64,000 bases of DNA from an uncultured Eubacteriales bacterium (GTDB lineage: Bacteria > Bacillota > Clostridia > Oscillospirales > CAG-272). Below the pieces are notes generated by a model. It worked only from the letters and a program-made list of their open reading frames with translations. It was not told the DNA's origin and did no database searches. The stretch lies in contig CAKRZE010000001.1 in the NCBI GenBank assembly GCA_934432725.1, positions 207,031-271,030 of the forward strand, given 5' to 3'. This document shows positions 47,179-56,554 of the stretch, piece by piece. Made by a program: the position numbers and the translations under genes. How positions within the stretch are numbered: position 1 is the stretch's first letter; each line of letters starts with the position of its first letter.

Positions 47179-48825
47179 TCATCTGTCAGCCGCCCTGATC
47201 TCCACTGTCCTTCCGCCGAGGCTTTCATAAATGCGATGGGAGATGGAAAGCACGGTGCGTCCCTCGGAGACGCGGTACAGCGCTTTCAGGACGCGCGCCT
47301 CGGTTTCCGCATCAAGGTTGGCGGTAATCTCATCGAGAAGCAGCACAGCAGGATTTGCCGCCGCGGCGCGGGCGATGGACAGAAGCTGCCACTCCCCCTG
47401 TGAAAACATGCCCTCCGTGCATACGGTATCATATCCGTCCGGAAGCGCACGGATCGTTTCATCCATGCCGGCAAGCCCTGCCGCATTTTGCGCCATTTCC
47501 TCGGAAATGGAAGGATCTCCGAGCGTGATCTGGTCGAGCACCGTTCCGGGCACACGGCTGAAATGCTGTTCCACACAGCCGATGCGGCTCCGCCGCTCAC
47601 AGTCGGAAATATCCGAAACATCCGTGCCGCCGACGGTGACCGTACCGCTTTCCGGACGGTAAAGACCGAGAATCAGGCGGAATACCGTGCTTTTGCCGGC
47701 TCCCGTCCTGCCGACAAGCGTGACCTGTTCTCCCTCCTTCACCGTCATGGAAAAGTCGCGCAGCACCGGCTTTTCGCCATATCCGAAGGTGACATGGGAC
47801 AGAACCACATCCCCGTGTGCAGCATCGGTCCGCCCCATCGGGACCGTCCGCTCCGGCTGAGAAAGAAACGCATCGATCCGTCTGACTCCCGCCATTGCCG
47901 ACTGAATGGTCTGTATTTCCATGCCGAGACTTTCGATCGGGGAGAAAATACGGGAGATGTAGTTGATCACGGCGACCGATGTGCCGACCGACATCCCGAA
48001 CAGCGTCAGGATTTCCGCTTTGCCGGAAGCGGAAAGCAGCATCACGATTCCCACCACCGCCGCATTCAGCAAAAGCACCACGGGAGAGTATATGGCGTCA
48101 TAGAAGTTTGTTTTTTCCACGGCGGCATAGCTTTCGCCGATGCTTCGGTCATAGCGGCGCTCCATATAGTGCTCCGTGCCGAGCGCGTGGATGGTGCGGA
48201 TGTTATGAAGCGTTTCCGGAACCTGCCCGGACACCCTTGCGACAGCGCGGCGGTTATCAAGCTGCGCGGCAAGCATTTTCTTCTGCACATGTCGGGTAAA
48301 GACGGCAAAAAGCGGAAGGATCAGCAGCAAAACGATCGCAAGTCCTATGTTTTTGACCGCGATAACCGCAAAGATCGAAAGAATGCGGCACGCGTCCGCA
48401 GCCATACTGATAATGCCGGAGGTAAAGAGCGCCTCCACGGTATCCACATCCCCCGAAAAGCGCGCCGCCACCTCGCCGGGATTCTGCGAAACAAGTGTTT
48501 CTGCCGGCAGCCGCGTAAGCTTTTGCGACATTTCGGAGCGCAGCGCATGGGTCATTTTCTGACCGAACAGTACAAGCAGCGTTTCCTGCGCCGAAGAGAG
48601 CACTCCTTCAAGAGCAAGGCTTCCGAAATAGAGGAGCGCGGCGGCAAACGTCAACGGCATTCCGGCGGTCAGACGGTCGATGACGCGGGCAAGCAAAAGC
48701 GGCGGAAGAAGCGAAGCCGCAACCGATGCCGCCACACACAAAAGCGTGCCCAGAGTAAGAAACCGATGTGTCACAGCCGCCGATCTCACAGAGGCAAACA
48801 CGCCGCTCTTATTCCTGTTCTTCAT
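47179..48825 (-). CDS. ABC transporter permease/ATP-binding protein (type I exporter half-transporter)
   Basis: Trimmed to ATG 48825 (MKNRNKSG). Six TM helices plus an NBD with GRTGAGKST, FSQGEWQLLSIARA and LLLLDE. Confidence 0.85.
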   Translation of the reverse strand: MKNRNKSGVFASVRSAAVTHRFLTLGTLLCVAASVAASLLPPLLLARVIDRLTAGMPLTFAAALLYFGSLALEGVLSSAQETLLVLFGQKMTHALRSEMSQKLTRLPAETLVSQNPGEVAARFSGDVDTVEALFTSGIISMAADACRILSIFAVIAVKNIGLAIVLLLILPLFAVFTRHVQKKMLAAQLDNRRAVARVSGQVPETLHNIRTIHALGTEHYMERRYDRSIGESYAAVEKTNFYDAIYSPVVLLLNAAVVGIVMLLSASGKAEILTLFGMSVGTSVAVINYISRIFSPIESLGMEIQTIQSAMAGVRRIDAFLSQPERTVPMGRTDAAHGDVVLSHVTFGYGEKPVLRDFSMTVKEGEQVTLVGRTGAGKSTVFRLILGLYRPESGTVTVGGTDVSDISDCERRSRIGCVEQHFSRVPGTVLDQITLGDPSISEEMAQNAAGLAGMDETIRALPDGYDTVCTEGMFSQGEWQLLSIARAAAANPAVLLLDEITANLDAETEARVLKALYRVSEGRTVLSISHRIYESLGGRTVEIRAADR

Positions 48826-50551
48826 GCTGCTGCCCTCCTGTCTGCCCTTCGTAAAGCCGGCGGTATGACGGAGCCGATCCCATAAGCTCCTCATGCGTGC
48901 CGACTGCCGTTTTTCCGTCCTCCATAAAAATCACCCTCTGTATTTCGGGAAAATGGTACAGCCTGTGGGAAAGCAGAAAGACAATCTTGTCCTTCGCGTA
49001 ATTCCGCAGATTTGCAAAAACCGCATCCTCCGTGTTCCGGTCAAGTGCGGAAAACGGGTCGTCCAGGATCAGCACCGGGCGCGGATGCGCAAGCGTTCTT
49101 GCCAGAGCCAGTCTCTGTGCCTGTCCTCCCGAAAGGCGAATGCCGCCCGTTCCGATTGCGGTTTCAAGACCGTCCTCCATGGCAAGCACCTCACCGTACA
49201 GCGAGGCAGCGGCAAGATACGGCACAGCATCCTGCTCACTGCCGCAAAGCACGTTGTTCCGCACAGTATCGGTGCTGAGCTCGGGATCATGCCCCAGATA
49301 GCCGAATGTCGCCGCGATCTCACGCGAAGAAAGGTCCGAAAGCTCTCTGCCGCCGAAACGGACAGAGCCGCTGTACGGCGCTTCACAGAGAAACACCCGT
49401 CCGAGGGTAGATTTTCCGCAGGCAACGGGACCGGTCACGCCGATGATGTCGCCGGGACGCGCTGTCAGGGAAAGTCCCGAGAAAATCTGCTTCTCTCCGT
49501 AGGCAAAGGACAGGTTGTCAAGCGTTATACTGTCCGGCTGCGGTATGTTGAGTGCTTTCAGCGGCTCCGGCGATCTCATCAGCGGCTGAATTCTTTTCCA
49601 AGAAACCTCCGCCTTCTGCACGGAGTTAAACAGCTTTGCAATCTTGGAGGATTTAGCGGTCAGCTTTGTAAAACAGGAAAGAAAGGTGGTAAATGCCGCA
49701 ATGTCCCACCCGCTCCATCCGGCTCCGAGCACATTTTTCGCACCGAACCACAGAATAAAAAGCACCCCGGCGCCGGATGCCGCAAGGTACAGAGGCGGAA
49801 GCGCCGACTGCCAGACATTGCTTCGCACAGCGGTCTTTTCATAGTTTTTCAGGGCATCCTCATACCGCTCCGCCCTTGCAGCCTCGCAGCCGTATATGCG
49901 GTAGGTCACGGCATTCTCCGCGCGGTCAAGTGTGGCACCGCTCAATGCTCCCGCAGCCTTTTTATACGCCGCCCCCGCGCGCTGCACCGGCTTCTTCATC
50001 CATGCCGCGCAAAAATACGAAACCGGTGTGAAAATCAGGCTGAGCAGTGCCAGCCGCCAATCGTATACAAAAAGCATCACCGTATAGCCGACCAGAGCCA
50101 CGCCGGTATCAAAGACCTCTGTGGTAAATTTCCGCATTCCCTCCACGCAGTCATCCACATCGGAGATCGCTTTTGTCATCAGCTCTCCGACTCCCTCTTT
50201 TTCTAAGGAAGCCCGGCTTGTGCGCACCAAATTGGCATAAAGAATGCCCTTCATCCGGCGGTTGATGTTGTTGGCAAAGCGGCGGACATAAAAACGCTTG
50301 ATGAACCGCGCAGCCTGCACAACCAGCGTAACCGCAAGAAAAGCAAGAACCAGAACCGCCATTGCGCCTGCCGTCTCACTTCCGCCGAGAATATCGGCAA
50401 GGCACTGGGCAAGCCGTCCCTCAAACCACGGTGTCGCAAGCAGTCCGACATTATAAAGCAATCCGGAAACGGTCACAAAGGTCAGCGGCATCCATTCAAC
50501 ACGAAAATAAGAGCGTATTTTTTCCGGGCAGAAAATTTTTTCAGACTTCAT
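48809..50551 (-). CDS. ABC transporter permease/ATP-binding protein (type I exporter half-transporter)
   Basis: 580 aa. TMD plus an NBD with GPVACGKST, LSGGQAQRLALAR and ILILDDP. It is the probable heterodimer partner of the downstream gene. Confidence 0.85.
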   Translation of the reverse strand: MKSEKIFCPEKIRSYFRVEWMPLTFVTVSGLLYNVGLLATPWFEGRLAQCLADILGGSETAGAMAVLVLAFLAVTLVVQAARFIKRFYVRRFANNINRRMKGILYANLVRTSRASLEKEGVGELMTKAISDVDDCVEGMRKFTTEVFDTGVALVGYTVMLFVYDWRLALLSLIFTPVSYFCAAWMKKPVQRAGAAYKKAAGALSGATLDRAENAVTYRIYGCEAARAERYEDALKNYEKTAVRSNVWQSALPPLYLAASGAGVLFILWFGAKNVLGAGWSGWDIAAFTTFLSCFTKLTAKSSKIAKLFNSVQKAEVSWKRIQPLMRSPEPLKALNIPQPDSITLDNLSFAYGEKQIFSGLSLTARPGDIIGVTGPVACGKSTLGRVFLCEAPYSGSVRFGGRELSDLSSREIAATFGYLGHDPELSTDTVRNNVLCGSEQDAVPYLAAASLYGEVLAMEDGLETAIGTGGIRLSGGQAQRLALARTLAHPRPVLILDDPFSALDRNTEDAVFANLRNYAKDKIVFLLSHRLYHFPEIQRVIFMEDGKTAVGTHEELMGSAPSYRRLYEGQTGGQQHEEQE

Positions 50552-50572
50552 ATGTCTTCCAGCCTCCCGCGA

Positions 50573-51019
50573 TTATCGGATCAGGTGCAGAAATCCGGAC
50601 CGGCTTTCGGCTTTCGATGCCGTGTAGAGCTTATCCAGCAGCGCAGCAAAGGTCTGCGCTTCCGTTTCGGTCAGAACCGAGGTCAGGTACTCATAAAAGG
50701 ACGACTCGATCTCCGCCTTGGAGCATTTCAGCTTCTCGGCTTTCTCGGTGGGGAAAAGCAGCCTGCTGCGCCGGTCATCCGGATCATCCTCGCGCACAAG
50801 AAAGCCTTTTTCTTCAAGGTTTTTTGTTCTTCGCGCAACAGCCGCTTTATCCGCATGCAGCAGCTCTGCAAGCTTTGCCTGCGTACAGCCGGGATGGTGA
50901 CGCAGCGCATGAATCAGATCGATTTCCGCCGTGCCGACTCCCTCTTCCCGCAGGGAAAGCAGCACCAGTTTTTCCGCCTCGCGTGCAATTTTCGTGATTT
51001 TCCGCTCCGTAATGTCCAT
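50573..51019 (-). CDS. MarR family transcriptional regulator
   Basis: ORF 50573-51301 trimmed to ATG 51019 (MDITERK, GGAGG SD 5 nt upstream). Winged-helix region CTQAKLAELLHADKAAVARRTKNLEEKGFLVREDDPDDRRS. Confidence 0.85.
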   Translation of the reverse strand: MDITERKITKIAREAEKLVLLSLREEGVGTAEIDLIHALRHHPGCTQAKLAELLHADKAAVARRTKNLEEKGFLVREDDPDDRRSRLLFPTEKAEKLKCSKAEIESSFYEYLTSVLTETEAQTFAALLDKLYTASKAESRSGFLHLIR

Positions 51020-51214
51020 AGGTGCCTCCGCGTTTTCGTATAGTTGCAGGTACATCGTTGTATATACATCTATCATATCCGAAAACGGCGTTTTGTCAAG
51101 GGACATTTTGCCTGCAAGCCAAAAACATACGGATTCCATATCGTATCCCGAGCTCCGCAAAACGCTGCCTTCTGCTTCCAAGCGGCAGAGAGGGAGACAG
51201 CCGGCATTGATTCC

Positions 51215-51357
51215 GGCGGCTGAACGCCGCCGTTTTGCCTCGGAAAAATCCGAAAAAAAGGCACAGGGAAAAACGGCAAAGACCGCATCAAAAATGCCCA
51301 AAGCCCGGCCTGTATATTTGAGGGGCTGTTAAACGCATCGTTTTTTTTAACAGCCCC
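51215..51357. repeat. left copy of an inverted ~145-bp homologous element (partner at 55055-55200)
   Basis: Contains GCGGCTGAACGCCGCCGTTTT, AAAGGCACAGGG and the 12-bp-stem hairpin GGGGCTGTTAAA..TTTAACAGCCCC (51322-51357). The partner carries the same three blocks in reverse-complement order. Confidence 0.65.
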
Positions 51358-51520
51358 ATTTGTTTTATTCTTGCCTGAGCCGGCTGTATCCGGTCCCCGG
51401 GCAGCGGTTTTGTACATGGTCCCGTTCCAAAATCCGGAACAGCGAATATGCTCCCTTCCGGGCGGATCACAGTTGAACCCCGATACAGGGCATTTCCGAT
51501 TGGTGCCCGGCATGCCGCAT

Positions 51521-52093
51521 TCATACCTGCTGTTCTTCCGCGCTCATCTGCTTAAGCACAGCCGTCTGCTCCCGGCTTTTTTGTTCCAGCTCTGCGCCGT
51601 AACGGAAGATCAATGAGACGAGAATCAGAACAATCCCGGTTATCACACTTCCGAAATTACCGGCATCTCCGATATGCTCCACCCCCTGCCAGACGGCAAC
51701 AGCCCCCGATACGGAAATGGCGATAACGGGAATATAGATAAAGCGAATGCCGAGCTTTTTCAGCCTCCCCGCGCCCTTTTCCGTAAACGGTGTACCGTCT
51801 GCCAGCTCGGATTTCAGATAACCGTATGCAAGTCCGAAAAGAATCGCATCCGCAATCAGCATAAATGCCGCGGACAGCAGCTCCACACATTTTTGCAGAA
51901 GATCTGTCCCATCGGCAAAGATTTTCAGCGGCTCGCCGTAAATCAGAAATACCGAACCGCCATGATACTGCGCTGCGGCACACAGCGCACCGACACCGAA
52001 CGCCGCCGCGCCGATGATGCAGAGGATATACGCGATCTTGGATAAAATGCGGAAGACGCGAAATGTCTTCTGAATGGCTTCAAGTGATTTCAT
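51521..52093 (-). CDS. polytopic membrane protein (paralog of 55575-56117)
   Basis: 190 aa, 4 TM helices. The N-terminus MKSLEAIQKTFRVFRILSKIAYIL resembles MKSLKSIQTLSKVGKILSEIAIVL of the paralog. Confidence 0.65.
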   Translation of the reverse strand: MKSLEAIQKTFRVFRILSKIAYILCIIGAAAFGVGALCAAAQYHGGSVFLIYGEPLKIFADGTDLLQKCVELLSAAFMLIADAILFGLAYGYLKSELADGTPFTEKGAGRLKKLGIRFIYIPVIAISVSGAVAVWQGVEHIGDAGNFGSVITGIVLILVSLIFRYGAELEQKSREQTAVLKQMSAEEQQV

Positions 52094-52485
52094 TTTGTTT
52101 TCTCCTTCAACTGAATATGAATTTTCCCTTTTGCACGGCGAGCCTCCACCCGAACAGAATACGCGCCGTCCTTTGGAATATTCACGGTAAAATCCGTTGC
52201 TCCCTTACCGTTCCCGGAGTACAGCACATCTCCGTCCGGCGCCCGGATCTCCATGTGCAGCGAGCCCTTTGCGGTTTGAAACCGAATGGCAAGCGCCGCC
52301 CCTTCCCTCAGCTCCAATGTGTGCAGATCCGCCCCGGTCATATATTGGATATCAAGCATGTAAGAATCCGGAGCCGCTGTGCGATCCCCGGCAAAGTCCT
52401 GCCGGTTATACAAAATCAGAGCGGCTGCCAGCCCGACAATCAGAATCGGGAAAAACAAAAGTACGATAATTCTCTGTCTGGTCAT
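52090..52485 (-). CDS. small membrane-anchored protein with beta-sandwich-like ectodomain
   Basis: Trimmed to ATG 52485 (MTRQRIIVLLFFPILIVGLAAALIL, GGAGGTG SD). ATGA overlap with the downstream gene. Confidence 0.6.
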   Translation of the reverse strand: MTRQRIIVLLFFPILIVGLAAALILYNRQDFAGDRTAAPDSYMLDIQYMTGADLHTLELREGAALAIRFQTAKGSLHMEIRAPDGDVLYSGNGKGATDFTVNIPKDGAYSVRVEARRAKGKIHIQLKEKTK

Positions 52486-52570
52486 ATCTTCACCTCCGCA
52501 GCGTGCCGGATGCTTCCCCTTTCGCAACAACCCGTTTTCACGGCAGCTCCGGCAAACGGAAGCATCCGTT

Positions 52571-52852
52571 TCATTCCTTCCCGCCGTCCCCGGGTCTTTT
52601 CGGAATACACATGCCGACAGTGAGACCGACAAGCATGCCAAGGGAAATCGCAATGCCGGTATAGCTTTCAAGCATTGTCCCGATCAGAAGACCAAGGCAC
52701 ATTCCGAGGCTCATTCCTTCCATCCCGTAATCGGCATCCTGTTTTTTGCCCTTCCTTTTCTTTGTCACACCGCGTGCAGCCAGAATCGCCACGGCTAAGC
52801 CGACCGCGATCCAGGGCGCAGCAGCTCTGATAAAATCCCAAGCCGTGTTCAT
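52571..52852 (-). CDS. small membrane protein (2 TM)
   Basis: 93-aa ORF with the helices PWIAVGLAVAILAA and SLGMCLGLLIGTML..GIAISLGMLVGLTVGM. Confidence 0.5.
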   Translation of the reverse strand: MNTAWDFIRAAAPWIAVGLAVAILAARGVTKKRKGKKQDADYGMEGMSLGMCLGLLIGTMLESYTGIAISLGMLVGLTVGMCIPKRPGDGGKE

Positions 52853-53269
52853 ATCTGTTCCCCTTATACTCTCTCATCCTGCCATTGTTTTTATGAGCAA
52901 ATCCGGCAGAGGATTCCCGCTTCGGAGCGGAAGCAGCCTCCGGAGCCGCACATCGCCCCGACCGCTCTCCAAAAAGCAGCGGGTTACAGGCTTCGGCAGC
53001 CTTAAATGCCCCATCCGCGCCTTCTCTGCCGGAAAACCAAGGCGCCTGCTTTCTCATACCACATTCAGGGCATGGTTCCGGAAAGGAAGCGTGCCGTAGT
53101 GCCGGAAAAGCAGGACTGCCCCGGCTGCAAGCCCGCTCCAAGACTTGAAATCGGCATACATGCCCCCGGCGGCGCATCCCTGCCCGGCAACGCTGCCCGT
53201 TTGCGGCAGATTGCCGATGACCGCAGCGGAAAGCACCGTGGACGGCATAAAAAGCAAAGCGTATGTGCT

Positions 53270-53695
53270 TTATCCGTTTGAAAAGCGTTCTTCCCCCCAC
53301 CAAGCCGGCATCAATTCCTTCAGAGTCACGGTTTCTCTTGTTTCATAGTTCACCATAATCTCCATGTTTTCATTTTCTTTGTTCAGCTGATACAGAAACT
53401 CACGGCACGCACCGCAGGGCATTCCGCTTCCGCCGCCGGACGGAGCCTCATCCCGAAAAGCGATCATTCTTTTGATTCTCGTCTGACCGCTGTTCACATA
53501 CATGTTAAGAGCGGCAACGCGCTCCGCACACAGGTTCATTACACCGCTGCACGCCTCAATGCAAAAGCCTGCATAAATGGTGCCGTCCCCGCTTTCCAGA
53601 GCGCATACCACATGATGTGCGTACACAAAAGGCGATACGTCCTCCGGGTGATATTCTTTTTTCGCCCGTCTATAGAGCTTTTCCCATATATCCAT
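53270..53695 (-). CDS. cytidine/deoxycytidylate deaminase-fold protein (cytidine or blasticidin-S deaminase-like)
   Basis: 141 aa with the zinc-binding motifs CAE (LCAERVA) and PCGACREF. Confidence 0.8.
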   Translation of the reverse strand: MDIWEKLYRRAKKEYHPEDVSPFVYAHHVVCALESGDGTIYAGFCIEACSGVMNLCAERVAALNMYVNSGQTRIKRMIAFRDEAPSGGGSGMPCGACREFLYQLNKENENMEIMVNYETRETVTLKELMPAWWGEERFSNG

Positions 53696-53977
53696 ATTCT
53701 CCTCCTAAAGTCAGAAAAACAGCCTGTCGTTCGGAAGCGCTTTGATCAAACGAATTGCGACCGCGCCGGGCGGCGCAGCCCGCAGACCGCTCCCTGTCAC
53801 ACGGCAGCTTCAACCATTTATCCGCCTGTGCTTTTACAATAAGCCCAATCATGATTGCAGCGACCGCCATGCGCACAATTATCGGGGGATGAAACCGGCA
53901 AAGCCCCGCCCAAAAGGGTTCCCCCTTCGATTTTATGCCATGCCTTTTACAACGGCAAAAGCTCCCGTTCTGCGGCT

Positions 53978-54021
53978 TTGCAATCGCTTTCCAATCGGCT
54001 TGCAATCGGTTCCCAATGCCG
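53978..54021. repeat. four tandem 11-bp units (TTSCAATCGGY)
   Basis: ttgcaatcgct ttccaatcggc ttgcaatcggt tcccaatgccg. The array lies between the TetR stop and the deaminase start. Confidence 0.7.
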
Positions 54022-54122
54022 GATCGCTTTCGCATGAAGATAAAATCCGCAAATCTCCGCCTGAAGAATTTATCCTTCAGTCCCTCTCCTGCCGATTCCG
54101 ATCGATGTTTTTTCGGAAAGAA

Positions 54123-54773
54123 TCATATTTTGTTTGACGCATCGATATCCGTCTTTTGCCCGTATATCGCTAAAAACTGCCGGATATGCCGCCCGATCAG
54201 CTTCATCACCTCATCCTCGCGCTCCGGCTCACGGTCACAGAGATTGATCCAGACGGAGACAGGAAGGCAGAGCTGCGCCGCCATAATCTCCGGGTCATTG
54301 TCCGCCAGTCTGCTCTGACGGATGAGAAACCGTACAAGCCCGGTAAAATAGCGCATAACGTCCGTATAGTTCTGCTTGGTCTGAAGCTCCTTCAGCTTCG
54401 GATTCTGAAACTGCTCGATGGTCAGCATCTTACGGGATTTGCTGATCTGCGGATCGTGCAGGATATAGCGGATATGCCCCAGAACCATCTGTACCGCAAG
54501 ATCGGGCGTAATATCCTGCCTGCCCTCGGTAAATGCAGGGTCATCCCAGTCTGCATGTGCAAAAATCGAATGGTTCCCGTACTCCTCCAAAACCTTTTGC
54601 ACCAGTTCCTCCAGAATCTCCCGCTTACTTCCGAAATGACTGTAAAGCGAAGCCTTTCGAATGCCGACGGCATCTGCAATTTGTGAAATAGAGGTGGCTT
54701 CATAGCCTTTTACAGAGAAGAGATCCAGTGCCGTTTCCAGAATCTCCTGTTTCGTATTGCCCTTTTCCATCAT
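54123..54773 (-). CDS. TetR/AcrR family transcriptional regulator
   Basis: ORF 54123-55028 trimmed to ATG 54773 (MMEKGNTKQEILETALDLFSVKGYEATSISQIADAVGIRKASLYSHF). Confidence 0.85.
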   Translation of the reverse strand: MMEKGNTKQEILETALDLFSVKGYEATSISQIADAVGIRKASLYSHFGSKREILEELVQKVLEEYGNHSIFAHADWDDPAFTEGRQDITPDLAVQMVLGHIRYILHDPQISKSRKMLTIEQFQNPKLKELQTKQNYTDVMRYFTGLVRFLIRQSRLADNDPEIMAAQLCLPVSVWINLCDREPEREDEVMKLIGRHIRQFLAIYGQKTDIDASNKI

Positions 54774-55054
54774 TCCGCTGCCCCCTGTCGGTCGTAATCT
54801 CAGTGTCATTATAGCTTCCGACCGGTCGTTTGTCAATAGGAAACAGCGCTTTTTTAAGAAGCTCTCGCCGGTTCCTTTGCAAGAGCACCCAAAAACGTCG
54901 GCAGCGCTTCGTTTCCCGCACGAAATGACTGTCCGAATGAACAAATGACGCTGTCGTAAGCATTGCTTTTGCATCTGCAAAGGTTTCTTTTCGAACCGAA
55001 TCAGGACCGGTCCGATAGACAGAAGCACCGCCGCCCGGGCTGTGCGGATGCAAA

Positions 55055-55200
55055 GGGACTGTTAAAAATACCGATGTTTTTAACAGCCCATTAAAAATGT
55101 CAGTCAGAATTCCGCATTATGATGCCATCCCGATCGTTTTCGTCCCTGTGCCTTTGTTTTTTCAGCTTTCCCTGTGGGTAAAACGGCGGCGTTCAGCCGC
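55055..55200. repeat. right copy of the inverted ~145-bp homologous element (partner at 51215-51357)
   Basis: Hairpin GGGACTGTTAAAAA..TTTTTAACAGCCC (55055-55089), then CCCTGTGCCTTT, then AAAACGGCGGCGTTCAGCCGC (55180-55200). Confidence 0.65.
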
Positions 55201-55210
55201 TAAGACCAAC

Positions 55211-55254
55211 GCCAAAAGGGTGTAAAAAAACTCAAAACGAATTTTTTACACCCC
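55211..55254 (-). terminator. rho-independent terminator after the TfoX-like gene
   Basis: Perfect 12-bp stem GGGTGTAAAAAA/TTTTTTACACCC (55218-55253). The minus strand continues TTTTGG. Confidence 0.7.
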
Positions 55255-55260
55255 TTTAAA

Positions 55261-55578
55261 TTACTTTTGTATTTTTCGTTTGGGAAGCGGCGTGACCCGA
55301 AGCAGGATTTCTATGACTGCCTTAGCCAGCTCCCGGTTTTCGATATCCAATACGTAATGCACCTTGGCTCCGTCATAGGGAAAGTCCTCCGGCGCGTCCT
55401 TCATGATACCTTCAAGCTCCGGCAGCTTTTTGACCATGACGCAGTTGTCGCAGACAAGCAGAATCGGCTTTCCCTGAATATAGACAAGATACTCCCCGAA
55501 CATTTTTTTACAGGCAACGCCGTCGATTCCGCTCAGCTGATCCAGAACAAACTGAATATACTCTTTTGATGTACTCAT
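55261..55578 (-). CDS. TfoX/Sxy N-terminal domain protein
   Basis: Trimmed to ATG 55578 (MSTSKEYIQFVLDQLSGIDGVACKKMFGEYLVYIQGKPILLVCDN). ATGA overlap with the upstream gene. Confidence 0.75.
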   Translation of the reverse strand: MSTSKEYIQFVLDQLSGIDGVACKKMFGEYLVYIQGKPILLVCDNCVMVKKLPELEGIMKDAPEDFPYDGAKVHYVLDIENRELAKAVIEILLRVTPLPKRKIQK

Positions 55579-56117
55579 TGATCTTCCGCGCTTTCCCGCA
55601 GCTCTGCACCGCAGCGGCAAAGCAGAGAACCTATTATAAACATGATACCGAGTACGATGCTTTCTCTGTTATGATAAAGCAAGTCCATAGCCGCAACCTT
55701 TCCGTTCGGTATAAAGATTCCCCGGAGGATAATTTTGATCACAGCACAGCCCTCGGGGAGGATAAGTGCCAGAATGCCGAGCCGCAGCAGCTCTTTTGCA
55801 CCGGCAAGGGTAAAGGGAGTCCCGGCTTTCAGTTCGTTTTTGAAGAAGCTCTCCGCAAAGCATGCCAGTACCACTTCGCCGGCGCAGACAATCATCCAGC
55901 CCAAAACCGTTGCGACAAGGCCGGCATCGTACGAATCCCATGAGATCAGTCCGTGCAGGGTAAGCTCGCCTATTTTGATCAGACTGCTGCCGCCGAAAAG
56001 CAGACCGACAAGTGCCGCAATACATCCGCCCAAGCCGATGGAAGCCAGAACAATGGCGATTTCGCTGAGTATTTTCCCGACCTTGGAAAGCGTTTGAATA
56101 CTCTTAAGTGATTTCAT
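55575..56117 (-). CDS. polytopic membrane protein (paralog of 51521-52093)
   Basis: Trimmed to ATG 56117 (MKSLKSIQTLSKVGKIL). Same length class and TM layout as 51521-52093. Confidence 0.65.
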   Translation of the reverse strand: MKSLKSIQTLSKVGKILSEIAIVLASIGLGGCIAALVGLLFGGSSLIKIGELTLHGLISWDSYDAGLVATVLGWMIVCAGEVVLACFAESFFKNELKAGTPFTLAGAKELLRLGILALILPEGCAVIKIILRGIFIPNGKVAAMDLLYHNRESIVLGIMFIIGSLLCRCGAELRESAEDQ

Positions 56118-56341
56118 AAAAAGTCCTCCGTTTTTATCGAATCTCAATGTCTCCGTTTGCAGCTTCCACGGTCAGCCTGCCGTACAGGCTGCAAAGCGGA
56201 CGATACGGCGTCTGCGATTTGCTCTTTCCTGCGGAGCAACACCTCCCAAAGAACCTGACGTAAGCTTCAGCGCCCGTGCAAAGGTTTTTCCCTTTCCAAG
56301 CCGCCTCCGGCGCGTTCTGTCAAGTCCGGACCATTCCAGCC

Positions 56342-56554
56342 TCATGTATGTGCCTTCCCGGCAAACAGCACAGTCCTTCCCTTCATAGATATTTTTTTGA
56401 CCTCATAACCGTAATCTTCCAGCTCTTTTTTGTATTTCAAAAAAGAATGGTCAAGCGGTACGCCCGCAATTTGTTCTATCTCATCAAAGGTCAATACCAT
56501 CTGCGGCTTTCCGTTTGCCCGTATGTATTCCCAAAGTGCATTGTATTTGCTCAT
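56342..56554 (-). CDS. small hypothetical protein (70 aa)
   Basis: ATG 56554 with a strong AAAGGAGGGG SD (MSKYNALWEYIRANGKPQMVLTFDEIEQIAGVPLDHSFLKYKKELEDYGYEV...). The upstream part of ORF 56342-56788 is a recombination remnant. Confidence 0.6.
   Translation of the reverse strand: MSKYNALWEYIRANGKPQMVLTFDEIEQIAGVPLDHSFLKYKKELEDYGYEVKKISMKGRTVLFAGKAHT

Noticed and set aside
52668-53303. 211-aa ORF and the nested 67-aa ORF 53054-53257 in the 417-bp gap downstream of the deaminase gene.
   Set aside because: The long ORF is R/G/A-rich with no SD. The short one has a Gly/Ala-rich hydrophobic stretch that could be a membrane-protein remnant, but it lacks an SD and any partner. The evidence is insufficient.
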